From Candidatus Bathyarchaeota archaeon (lineage in GTDB: Archaea > Thermoproteota > Bathyarchaeia > Bathyarchaeales > DTEX01): DNA of 64,000 nt. This document shows, piece by piece, positions 38,823 through 47,764 of this stretch (position 1 is its first letter; each line of letters opens with the position of its first letter). Location of the stretch: positions 32,001 to 96,000 of the forward strand of contig CAVQNT010000002.1 of the NCBI GenBank assembly GCA_963714275.1, read 5' to 3'. Made by a program: the position numbers and the translations under genes. The notes below the pieces were generated by a model. It ran no database searches. It saw only the letters and a list, made by a program, of their open reading frames with translations, and was not told where the DNA came from.

Positions 38823-39704
38823 CTAATCAACCGGATTCGTCATTTTTTCAAGGACCTTAATGAGTTCGTGGACATCAGCGTTTTCCAGCCCTAAGGAAAG
38901 AGCCGCAAGAAAGTATTGATAGGCTGCAGAGGCCACAATTAAAGGAGTTCGCATCCTTCTGCTGTCATTGATCACCAGCCCAATATCTTTGCACATCTGG
39001 CCCAGCCCCCCGGGCGCGGGAGTATTGTCAAGTATACTCGACGTAATGAGCCTGAACCAATCACTTCCGCAAATACCGCTTCCCACGACTTGGCAGACCA
39101 GCCGTGGGTCAAGCCCTCCTTTTCTGGCCAGGGTAATTACTTCAACGGTGGCGGCAAGGGTGGTGGCCACGAGGAGCTGGTTACAATGCTTAACCGCCTG
39201 TCCCAATCCAGGTTTTTCGCCGACATAAGTAATTTTCCCCTGCACTTCAAGGACAGACCGGCATTCTTCCAGAAGGTCTTTCGATGTTGCTACAATCAGC
39301 GTCAAAGTTCCCGCTTCCACCCTGGCCGGTCCCCCGGTAACAGGGGAATCTACAAAACCCACCCCTTTTTTTGCGCATTGCTCGGCCACCCATTCCAGAT
39401 TCTCTTGGTCGATAGTGGACATGCAGATTACCCTTGTTTCTTTGTGGCATCCTTGAAGGAGGCCATCGGGACCGGTCACCACCTCGATGACTTGTTGGTC
39501 ATTCAACACGTAGACAATGATCTTGCCTGACTTTTCGGCGATTTCTCTGCTGTTTCTCAGCGCCAGCCCACCGGCACCGGTAAATTCTTTAACCACCTCG
39601 GGCCTCCGAGCATAGCCCACCACTTTGTACCCTTCTTTCATATACTTTTTTGCAGCCACCATTCCCATCCGTCCCAGGCCGATGATTCCTATTGCTTCGG
39701 ACAT
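38823..39704 (-). CDS. Beta-hydroxyacid dehydrogenase (3-hydroxyisobutyrate/tartronate-semialdehyde reductase family)
   Basis: GIIGLGRMG, DSPVTGG, AVKHCNQ, KD. Confidence 0.9.
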   Translation of the reverse strand: MSEAIGIIGLGRMGMVAAKKYMKEGYKVVGYARRPEVVKEFTGAGGLALRNSREIAEKSGKIIVYVLNDQQVIEVVTGPDGLLQGCHKETRVICMSTIDQENLEWVAEQCAKKGVGFVDSPVTGGPARVEAGTLTLIVATSKDLLEECRSVLEVQGKITYVGEKPGLGQAVKHCNQLLVATTLAATVEVITLARKGGLDPRLVCQVVGSGICGSDWFRLITSSILDNTPAPGGLGQMCKDIGLVINDSRRMRTPLIVASAAYQYFLAALSLGLENADVHELIKVLEKMTNPVD

Positions 39705-40210
39705 TTTTACCTCCTCAAGTGAAATGAAAAAGCGTCATGATTCACTGTTTCTTCCCGCTGATCCGAACAGATAACTCTTGCTCAACCTGATTCCCTTCCG
39801 AGCAAAAAGGAGGAGAAGATCCTATTTTTCTTCGATAAGTGGGTCATGCCTTTCGGCAATTTGACTGCTCGGTCGGGGTTGAATATCCCACACAGGCAGG
39901 GCTTTGCCAGTTCGACGGCTGCCTTCTCGATCGTGACCTTTTCCTTTTTGATATCTTCCACCATTTTCTGAACCAGGTGACCTCAAAGTCCTTCCATTTC
40001 ATTATTACAACATCCGTTTAAGTAACTTAATTTAGAAAGCTTGTCAATATTTTTCCCGCTGAATATGGATTCCTTTTCTTCCCTATCCAGTGATCAGCCC
40101 TGCTGCTCTATTATAGAAAAAGTTATTGGAAGGAGGTCCACCATGTTCTATAGTATTATGAAGGATACGCAAACTACATCCCAGAAGAAGAACTGAAAAG
40201 GGAGTAAGGA

Positions 40211-41080
40211 ATGAAATTTAAGGGAAGCCAGACCGAGAAAAACCTGCAGGCCGCTTTTGCCGGAGAGTCGCAGGCTCGCAACGCATATATGTATTACGCC
40301 GATGCTGCCAGGAAAGCCGGCTATCACCAGATCTCGGATGTATTCCTAGAAATTGCTGAGAATGAAGGAGAGCATGCCAGGACGCAGTTTGAGTTCCTCG
40401 ACCGAATTAAGGATACAAGGAAAAACCTGGAGGCTGTTGCTCAGAGTGAAAAATATGAACGCACCGAAATGTACCCTGAGTTTGCCAAGATAGCAAGAGA
40501 GGAGGGTTTACAGGAGATCGCTGAGTGCTTTGAACGCATGGGTAAGGTTGAAGCAAAGCACGAAGAAATATGTCTTAACTTGTTGGAAGATTTTGATGAA
40601 AATAAAATTCCAAAAGAGAGGACGGTTGGCCATTCCTCCGTTACTATGGCTCAGTTGATGTTGCCCCACCAGGCAAACCCAGCAGGGTATGTTCATGGAG
40701 GGGAAATTATGAAAATCATGGATAATGCTGCCGGAGTGGTGGCCGCCCGCCATGCCCATACCAATGTCGTCACTGCCAGGGTGGACGATATCAACTTCCT
40801 CAATCCCGTCAGGGTAGGAGACCTGGTTGTTGTGCAGGCGATGCTTACTTTTGTCGCCCATTCCTCCATGGAAATTTGCCTGGAGGTGGAGACCGAAAAC
40901 CTGGCAACTGAGGAGAAACAGCTGGCCCTACGCGCCTTTTTTATCTATGTGGCTCTGGACCAGGCGGGGAAACCCACTGAAGTGCCCCCTCTCTTGATAA
41001 CAACGGAAGAGGCAGAGAGACTCTTCGAGGAAGGGCGGAAAAGGTACGAAGCCCACAAGAAACAAAGGCCGCCTCAGTGA
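40211..41080 (+). CDS. Rubrerythrin diiron domain fused to a hotdog acyl-CoA thioesterase
   Basis: TEKNLQAAFAGESQA, NEGEH, EKYE..MYPEF, EAKH; then ANPAGYVHGG..MD, VVTARVD, SSMEI. Confidence 0.85.
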   Translation: MKFKGSQTEKNLQAAFAGESQARNAYMYYADAARKAGYHQISDVFLEIAENEGEHARTQFEFLDRIKDTRKNLEAVAQSEKYERTEMYPEFAKIAREEGLQEIAECFERMGKVEAKHEEICLNLLEDFDENKIPKERTVGHSSVTMAQLMLPHQANPAGYVHGGEIMKIMDNAAGVVAARHAHTNVVTARVDDINFLNPVRVGDLVVVQAMLTFVAHSSMEICLEVETENLATEEKQLALRAFFIYVALDQAGKPTEVPPLLITTEEAERLFEEGRKRYEAHKKQRPPQ

Positions 41081-41149
41081 GATCGGCAGATTATAACCTC
41101 AGTTTTTTCACCCATTATTCCAAGGGAACATCCGGAAAGGACCCGTTAG

Positions 41150-42547
41150 GTGGGAAGGGAAGACGTCCCAATTTTAACCAATTCAATGAGCACCCCGGCA
41201 AGCCTGAAGAAAAATAGTTTCATATTCTATGGCTGGTATATCACTATCACAGGCCTCCTGTCCTATGCTTTGGGCTATGGGGCGCGATATTCCTTCTCGG
41301 TTATTTTCCCATCGCTTCTGGAAGAGTTCAAATGGCCCAGGGATATAACGGCGGCCATGCTCTCCGTTCACATTCTGGCTTATGGCTTCATTGCTCCGGT
41401 TGCTGGCTACTTGGTGGACAGGACCGGCCCCAGGAAAACGATGGTCCTCGGGGCCACGCTGCTATCCCTCGGTTTGGCCCTATCGCGATGGGGGAGCGAG
41501 CCGTGGCACTTCTATCTCAGTTTTGGCGTCCTGTCCGGAACGGGCCTTTGTCTCATCGGGTCTGTTCCCTTCACCACCGTCATCAGAAATTGGTTTGAAA
41601 GGAAACGAGGTCTGGCCTTATCTCTCATGTTTTTCGGTTCCGGTGGGGCCTTTGCCTTCTACCCCGCCGTCGCCTGGCTCATTGTTCATGTGGGCTGGCG
41701 CAACACTTTTTTGATCGAAGCCTTCATTCTGGCCGGGGTTATGATCCCCCTTTTCATTCTCATCGTGCGATATCACCCCATGGAGAAGGGGTTGGTCCAG
41801 GATGGATATGCAGAAAAAGGAGAGACCTTTTCACCTAAAGCACGGAAAACCATGCAGATTATGGATGCAGCGTGGGCCGCGATAGACTGGACGTTTCCCA
41901 AGGCGATAAGAACTGGCCGGTTCTGGCTGCTCTCTTTAGCGATCTTCTCCCTGTGGGGGGTCATGGAACATATTATGGTGACTCATCATGTTGCTTTCGC
42001 CATAGATGTGGGCTACTCCAAAATCTATGCCTCTTCCGTCTTATCCTTATTCGGGATTCTGTTTGCTTTTGGCTCTCTGGCGGGGCTGATTTCTGACCGG
42101 ATCGGGCGCGAGCTCACCGTCACAATCGGCACACTTGTCGGCATCTCCGCCATCGTGGTTCTCATGCTCATCAAGGATACCTCTCAACCCTGGATGCTTT
42201 ATTACTATGCCTTGGGTCTGGGGGCGGGCATCGGGATCTGCGCACCGACCATCACTGCTGCGATCACGGACATTTTCCAGGGTCCCAGGGTCGGTTTTGT
42301 CATCGGGTTTATCTGGGTCGGCTTTGCCGTAGGGGGCGCGATCGGGCCGTGGCTGGGCGGTTGGCTATTTGAATTGAGCGGGAACTACTGGCTGGCTTTC
42401 CTGGTGGCCACCATTCTTTATGCCATAGCCTGTGCGGCAATCTGGTTGGCTGCGCCGCGGAAGGTCCGGCGGGTTTCAGGACTAGTCAGACATGTCCAGC
42501 TTCACAAAAGACCGGCGGAAAAGGCCAGGGAGAATTGCCCTAAGTAA
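41150..42547 (+). CDS. MFS transporter (monocarboxylate/OFA-like)
   Basis: FYGWY, LVDRTGPR, WFERKRGLA, SDRIGR. Confidence 0.88.
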   Translation: MGREDVPILTNSMSTPASLKKNSFIFYGWYITITGLLSYALGYGARYSFSVIFPSLLEEFKWPRDITAAMLSVHILAYGFIAPVAGYLVDRTGPRKTMVLGATLLSLGLALSRWGSEPWHFYLSFGVLSGTGLCLIGSVPFTTVIRNWFERKRGLALSLMFFGSGGAFAFYPAVAWLIVHVGWRNTFLIEAFILAGVMIPLFILIVRYHPMEKGLVQDGYAEKGETFSPKARKTMQIMDAAWAAIDWTFPKAIRTGRFWLLSLAIFSLWGVMEHIMVTHHVAFAIDVGYSKIYASSVLSLFGILFAFGSLAGLISDRIGRELTVTIGTLVGISAIVVLMLIKDTSQPWMLYYYALGLGAGIGICAPTITAAITDIFQGPRVGFVIGFIWVGFAVGGAIGPWLGGWLFELSGNYWLAFLVATILYAIACAAIWLAAPRKVRRVSGLVRHVQLHKRPAEKARENCPK

Positions 42548-43140
42548 TATAAAGGTAACCCGATTAGCCGATTTTGGAATTCATCCCTTATAAATTTATC
42601 TCGCGCCACAAACAGGTCCGAGAAATAGAAGCACGAAGCTCCCATTAGGATGAGCACCTTTGCAGGAGCGGGGAAAGCAGATTTCCAAAAAACTGCCCAG
42701 GCTCCAGAAAACATCACCGTGATAACCAGGATATAGAACAACACGGGGACCAGCATGGATTTTAAATGCGGACGCAGCCAGAAAAATATGATAGCGCTAA
42801 GACACGCAATGATGCCCGCTCCTGGAGAAATCCAACGGGCCAGGGAAGTGAGAGATGAAAAGCTGATGATGTAAAAGACATGCCCCAGCAAAAAGGCGCC
42901 CAGCCCCGCCAGAAACATTTTTTCTCCGGGAAGAGCCAGGCAAACATCACCGATCAAGCAAAAAATCAAACCGGCAAGTAGATAGAAGTAATATTGGGGA
43001 ACCAAGCGAGGCTGCAGAAGAGCAGTAACGACGAAAAGCAACGAAAGGATGGATTTAGTAATTAAAATAGATTTTTTATTTCCCCTTTTTTCATAATGGA
43101 GGAGAATAACCAGCAAAATAAGGCTGAAAATGATGATCAA
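42502..43140 (-). CDS. YhhN-family (lysoplasmalogenase-like) membrane protein
   Basis: GDVCL, FLAGLGAFLLGH, FYFSD, YYLGQ. Confidence 0.87.
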   Translation of the reverse strand: MIIIFSLILLVILLHYEKRGNKKSILITKSILSLLFVVTALLQPRLVPQYYFYLLAGLIFCLIGDVCLALPGEKMFLAGLGAFLLGHVFYIISFSSLTSLARWISPGAGIIACLSAIIFFWLRPHLKSMLVPVLFYILVITVMFSGAWAVFWKSAFPAPAKVLILMGASCFYFSDLFVARDKFIRDEFQNRLIGLPLYYLGQFSLAFSAGLL

Positions 43141-43293
43141 ACGCCTGAATCATGATTCCCCCGCCCATCTTCCTTGGTATTGTAGCACATCCAGGCATCG
43201 GGAATGAAAAACAAAAGCTTTTCTCCAGAAACTTGACATTCTTGAAGAAAAAGTGATAATCTTCACTTGTCCCCAAAGCGAGGAGGGAAGCCC

Positions 43294-43600
43294 ATGCCAG
43301 AGGCTAACTCCGCACCAATTCTTTCCAATCCACCCAGCCGATACCCACGAATTGCGCCTGAGCCTGCTCAGAAACCGAGGCTCCTGGACAGTCTCCGCGA
43401 AGCGCTGCACTCCCGCCATTACAGCCGAAGAACTAAGTTCCGCAATGGATTTTTCCATTTAACTCATGTTGACCTTTTTAGGCTGAAAACTCCCTCTCCC
43501 TCATTCCTTTGCTACCCATTTGCAGGAGGTGGGCTACGATATTTGGACCTTTCAGGAACTTCTGGGGCACAATGATGTCAAAACCACGATGATTGAATAT
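43294..43600 (+). pseudogene. intI: Integron integrase remnant with a large internal deletion
   Basis: KPRLLDSLREALHSRHYSRRT (IntI N-terminus) joined out of frame to [31 protein letters not shown] (box II). Confidence 0.85.
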
Positions 43601-43630
43601 ATGGGAGATTAATATTCAAGGAGGATAAAG

Positions 43631-43819
43631 ATGACCAGATGGGAGTATCTCTATTTCACCGATGCCGAAAAGGAGACGGCAACACTGCATCCGCCAACTC
43701 ATAAGGAGAAATTGAACAAACTCGGCCAGGAAGGATGGGAACTAATCGGTATTGTTTCCGACCAGATGGGAAAAATCCAGAAGCTGTACTTCAAAAGGCC
43801 GATCGGGGCTGGCACTTAA
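43631..43819 (+). CDS. Small DUF4177-like protein
   Basis: MTRWEY...LNKLGQEGWELI...YFKRP; GGAGG RBS. Confidence 0.78.
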   Translation: MTRWEYLYFTDAEKETATLHPPTHKEKLNKLGQEGWELIGIVSDQMGKIQKLYFKRPIGAGT

Positions 43820-44020
43820 ATTTATCTTGGTGAAGTTTAGCAAATTTTGGAAAAGCTAATCTGTTGTGCGACCCGAAATGGGATGGGGGTGAACCTGTAT
43901 TTTAGGGTCCAAATCCCAGTGTTTTGCAGATGGCCCCATTGTTTGGACCGAGATTTAGGTTGGCATAATGGGTTGAATGTAGACGTCAAAACCCCAAACT
44001 CCAGGAAAGGAGAAAACTTT

Positions 44021-44647
44021 ATGGTTTCGAAAAGTAAACAGATGATTTTGGCATGCCTCTTAATCTTTCTGCTTCTGGGTTGCCACCCGGCCAAAGAAAA
44101 GCTGCCCATGGATCAGAACTCAGTCGAACCGGGAACCTCTGTAACCTTTAAGGGAGACCGAATAAAGCTAATTGGAACGCCTATATCCATTGGGAAGCCT
44201 TTGCCTTCTGGCCTGCTGGTGGATGCCATGACCATGAAAGACGTGGATCTATCTCAGGAAAAGGGCTCAATCCTCTTCTTGAGTATCGTTCCCTCTTTAG
44301 ACACCCCGGTGTGTGAAGCCCAAACTCATGAGCTGGCCGAAAAAAGCGATAAGCTCCCCAAGGAGGTGCGGAAAATCACCATCAGCCGCGACACCCCTTT
44401 TGCTCAGAAACGTTTCGCTACTGAAGCCAAGCTCACCAACATCCAATATTTATCGGATTATAAGGAAGGAAGCTTTGGACGAGCAAATGGGATTTTACTG
44501 GACGGATTGATGCTTCTTACCCGAGCGGTGATTCTGGTAGACAAGAAAGGGATCGTTCGATATATCCAGGTTGTTCCGGAAATAACCCATCTCCCGGATA
44601 TGGATAAGGCAATCCAGCAGGCGATCGAACTGGCCAAAGAGTCTTAA
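44021..44647 (+). CDS. tpx: Thiol peroxidase (Tpx), predicted lipoprotein
   Basis: VPSLDTPVC, ISRDTPFAQKRF, LSDY, RAV; lipobox-like LLGC; resolving Cys position reads Ala. Confidence 0.85.
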   Translation: MVSKSKQMILACLLIFLLLGCHPAKEKLPMDQNSVEPGTSVTFKGDRIKLIGTPISIGKPLPSGLLVDAMTMKDVDLSQEKGSILFLSIVPSLDTPVCEAQTHELAEKSDKLPKEVRKITISRDTPFAQKRFATEAKLTNIQYLSDYKEGSFGRANGILLDGLMLLTRAVILVDKKGIVRYIQVVPEITHLPDMDKAIQQAIELAKES

Positions 44648-44816
44648 GGGGAGGGACCATTCCAACAGAGGTTGCTAAGGGGATGAATATATCAGTACAG
44701 AGTGTTCTTCGTGGGTTAGAAAAGGGGGAAGGAGAATTTGACAAAAGGGAATGGATACTTGCCGATTTCTTGCAACAACGGAGATAACGGAGCTACGTCC
44801 CCTCCCAGTCCGATAT

Positions 44817-45004
44817 TTGTCACGCAACTTTCCGATAAATCGAGGCAGGCTGTTTTGATCCCGGGAAGAAAAATGGTACTTCTCACAGTAGTCCAAATAA
44901 TAACGAAGCCATTTCCTATAGGACCATAGCAGAGGGTCCGGAATGGCCTTGCTCCGCAAATGATCTTCAAACCTTGTCTGTAAGGCTGGAGGGATAGCCT
45001 GCAT
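44817..45004 (-). pseudogene. intI: 5' fragment of a long-form integron integrase, divergent from the cassette array
   Basis: MQAIPPALQTRF...YRKWLRYYLDYCEKY...SLPRFIGKL resembles the N-terminal domain of long deltaproteobacterial IntIs; located in the intI position upstream of attI. Confidence 0.65.
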
Positions 45005-45204
45005 GTGGCACCTCTCCTCCGAATAACATTAATAATGAAATGATATACGGAAAGATAAGAATAAAGGATTGAGAAATAATTGTCAAGATATTATATAATA
45101 AATTCTATCGGTTAATGGGTTTCCGGGTTTTTAAGAGACCAGGTAATCAATAAGGAGGGAGACCTCCTGATGGGCGCAGACTTTATGAGCCATTGGAGAT
45201 ATCC

Positions 45205-45230
45205 AGAAACCATAGAATAACTTGTTGGGC
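45205..45230 (+). other. Putative attI recombination site
   Basis: GTTGGGC core (45224-45230) is exactly complementary to the GCCCAAC inverse core at 46526 that closes cassette 1. Confidence 0.7.
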
Positions 45231-45372
45231 CATAGACCAAATTGGAATAGCATTACGGCGAGTAGAATCAATCATGCGCTCAGTCCTGTCGATAGAGAGT
45301 TTGAAGTGAAGAAGCATGGTTCGCCCGTATGCCGATGACTATCTCATTGTCAAACTCCAGGGGGTACAACAA

Positions 45373-46509
45373 ATGGCTGAAAGAGAACGGCTTTGCTATG
45401 TGGACAACCTCAAGGTCTTCCTAATAGTTCTGGTTATCGTGCATCATGTCGGGCAGGCATACGGATCCACGGGAGGAATCTGGTTCTATTCATATCCGGG
45501 TGAACGAGTGAAGGCGTTGGGTCTTCTGTTTCTTTTCAATGCCTCGTTTTTCATGGGGCTTTTCTTCTTTGTATCGGGGTATTTTTTTCCTGCATCGTTT
45601 GATCGCCACGGCGTCCGTAAGTTCGTTACCGACAAGCTCATTCGATTTGGTGTTCCGCTCGCTTTTGCGGCGTTTGTCATGAGTCCTCTGCTTAGTTATG
45701 TCATGTATTCAAACTACGTCAGTCCGATCAACTTCACAGATTTCTACATTCAGCATTGGTTCGGATACACCTCGAATGCAGGCATCCACCAACACCTATT
45801 CAACTTCGCGCATTTCTGGTTCATAGAACATCTGTTGGTCTATGCGATGCTATATGCCGGCCTGAGAATGGCACTACAAAAATGGAAGGTTTCCCTCTCG
45901 ATTTCCAAGACATTGCGCGCCAGATTGTATGTGATCGTCCTCTTTATCTTGTTCCTTGGCATCGTAACAAATCTCATGCGAACATTATGGGGATTTCCCA
46001 CGGACCGATGGATTTTTCTTTTTGGATTCATACAGATGGAGCCGGCACACATCCCACAGTATGTGTCTCTTTTTGTTATCGGCGTCTTCGCCTATAGATG
46101 GTCCCTTCTGAAATCAATCACTGCGCCACGGAATATGCTCTGGCTTCTAGCTGGAGCAGGCGTATACATCGCAACCATAGTAGTGTGGTATAGCAGAGGT
46201 CCTGCACGGGCCCAATTCGGATGGGAATTCAAAGAGGCCTTGCTGTGTGTTGGCGTCTGCATAGGACTCCTCGCTCTGTTCAAGACCTTTCTCAATCGGA
46301 CGGGGTCTATCATGCGGGCGCTGTCAGAGAATACGTACGGTGTGTACATCGTGCATGTGCCAGTGGTCGTCGCGCTCCAGTACGCATTCAGCCCTATCCG
46401 ACAAGGGGCATTCACTCTTTTTGTCATAGTGTCGTTTCTTTCAATCGTCGGTTCATTTTCCGCGTCATTTCTTATACGGACGATCCCTGCTGTAAGGCGG
46501 GTTCTGTGA
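45373..46509 (+). CDS. Gene cassette 1: acyltransferase-3 (OpgC/MdoC-like) membrane O-acyltransferase
   Basis: RLCYVDNLK...LVIVHH, FFMGLFFFVSGYF, KLIRFGVP, HFWF, YGVYIVH. Confidence 0.87.
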   Translation: MAERERLCYVDNLKVFLIVLVIVHHVGQAYGSTGGIWFYSYPGERVKALGLLFLFNASFFMGLFFFVSGYFFPASFDRHGVRKFVTDKLIRFGVPLAFAAFVMSPLLSYVMYSNYVSPINFTDFYIQHWFGYTSNAGIHQHLFNFAHFWFIEHLLVYAMLYAGLRMALQKWKVSLSISKTLRARLYVIVLFILFLGIVTNLMRTLWGFPTDRWIFLFGFIQMEPAHIPQYVSLFVIGVFAYRWSLLKSITAPRNMLWLLAGAGVYIATIVVWYSRGPARAQFGWEFKEALLCVGVCIGLLALFKTFLNRTGSIMRALSENTYGVYIVHVPVVVALQYAFSPIRQGAFTLFVIVSFLSIVGSFSASFLIRTIPAVRRVL

Positions 46510-46525
46510 TAGTTGACAAAAGGCT

Positions 46526-46582
46526 GCCCAACAAGACGTTGGAGCCGACTCGTTACACTCGCGGCTCAATTCTCCGTTCCCC
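46526..46582 (+). other. attC site of cassette 1
   Basis: R'' GCCCAAC, L'' GTTGGAGC, L' GCTCAAT, 5-bp spacer, R' GTTCCCC. Confidence 0.75.
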
Positions 46583-46712
46583 CCTCCGCTTCGCTCCGGG
46601 GGGAACGCGGCGCTGAGCGGTAGTGCCTGGTTCTCCCCTCCGCTACGCTACGGGGAGAACCAGGCACTGGAGACGGATGCCCTTCGGGGCACCGCTCAGC
46701 GCCGCATTAGGC
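46576..46712. repeat. ORF-less palindromic module made of an attC and its inverted partial copy
   Basis: attC GGAGAAC-caggc-ACTGGAG...CCGCTCAGC-gccgc-ATTAGGC (46654-46712), preceded by inverted copies of both arms and two GTTC...GAAC hairpins. Confidence 0.7.
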
Positions 46713-46753
46713 AGTGACCGAATCTATTCACACCCGTAAGGAGATTTTCTGCA

Positions 46754-47500
46754 TTGGATATTCCACGGATCTTCAACATCACCGAAAGTGCTCACCGCAT
46801 CCATAACCCGTTCACACCCGAAAAGCTCGCCACTCTCGGCGCGGCGCTGCGTCTGGAAACGGGAACCCGAGTGCTCGACCTCGGCAGCGGTTCGGGGGAG
46901 ATGCTGTGCACCTGGGCACGCGATTACGGAGTCATCGGCACCGGCATCGACATGAGCCAGTTGTTCACCGAGCAAGCGAAACTCCGCGCTGAAAAACTCG
47001 GTGTCGCCGATCAAGTCAAGTTCATCCATGGCGATGCTGCCGGCTTCGTCTCTGACGAGAAGGCCGGTGTGGCAGCCTGTCTCGGTGCCACGTGGATCGC
47101 TGGGGGAGTCGTCGGCACCATCGAGCTTCTGGCGCAGAGCCTCCGCCCCGGAGGGATCATCCTCATCGGCGAGCCCTACTGGCGGCAGTTACCGCCGACG
47201 GAAGATGTTGCCAGGGGGTGTCTTGCCGGCTCAATCTCCGACTTTCTCCTGCTTCCAGAACTTCTCGCGTCTTTCGGCCACCTCGGCTACGACGTCGTGG
47301 AAATGGTTTTGGCAGACCAAGACAGCTGGGACAGATACGAGGCGGCCAAGTGGCTCACCATGCGCCGATGGCTTGAAGCCAATCCCGACGACGAGTTCGC
47401 GAAAGATGTTCGAGCCAAACTAACCTCGGAACCCGAGCGCTACGCCGCTTACACGCGTGAATACCTGGGCTGGGGTGTGTTCGCGCTGATGCCGCGGTGA
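46754..47500 (+). CDS. Gene cassette 2: class I SAM methyltransferase, YjhP-like
   Basis: MDIPRIFNITESAHRIHNP, VLDLGSGSGE, YTREYLGWGVF; visibly high GC. Confidence 0.87.
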   Translation: MDIPRIFNITESAHRIHNPFTPEKLATLGAALRLETGTRVLDLGSGSGEMLCTWARDYGVIGTGIDMSQLFTEQAKLRAEKLGVADQVKFIHGDAAGFVSDEKAGVAACLGATWIAGGVVGTIELLAQSLRPGGIILIGEPYWRQLPPTEDVARGCLAGSISDFLLLPELLASFGHLGYDVVEMVLADQDSWDRYEAAKWLTMRRWLEANPDDEFAKDVRAKLTSEPERYAAYTREYLGWGVFALMPR

Positions 47501-47638
47501 TGCGTTGGCGCATCCGGCGGATCGTCAACGGCTGTGCCGCGCAACAGCTGGTGGCTCGCCGAGATGTGATTGCGCCTGAATTCATTTCTTATGGTCTAGT
47601 TATCCGTGCAATCAACAGAAAGGCTCTGTCTCAAGCAG

Positions 47639-47698
47639 GCCTAACAATTCATTCAAGCCGACGCCGCTTCGCGGCGCGGCTTAATTCAGGCGTTAGGC
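47639..47698 (+). other. Canonical 60-bp attC site
   Basis: GCCTAACAATTCATTCAAGCCGACGCCGCTTCGCGGCGCGGCTTAATTCAGGCGTTAGGC; GCCTAAC pairs with (A)TTAGGC at 46706. Confidence 0.92.
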
Positions 47699-47764
47699 AC
47701 ATATACGAAATGAATACAGGAGTAGAAGAAAAATATGTAAGCATCCTTAATTTAGAGAAAATCG

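Noticed and set aside
39782-40015. Small minus-strand ORF (KPCLCGIFNP)
   Set aside because: May be a frameshifted small gene, but its start and family could not be established.
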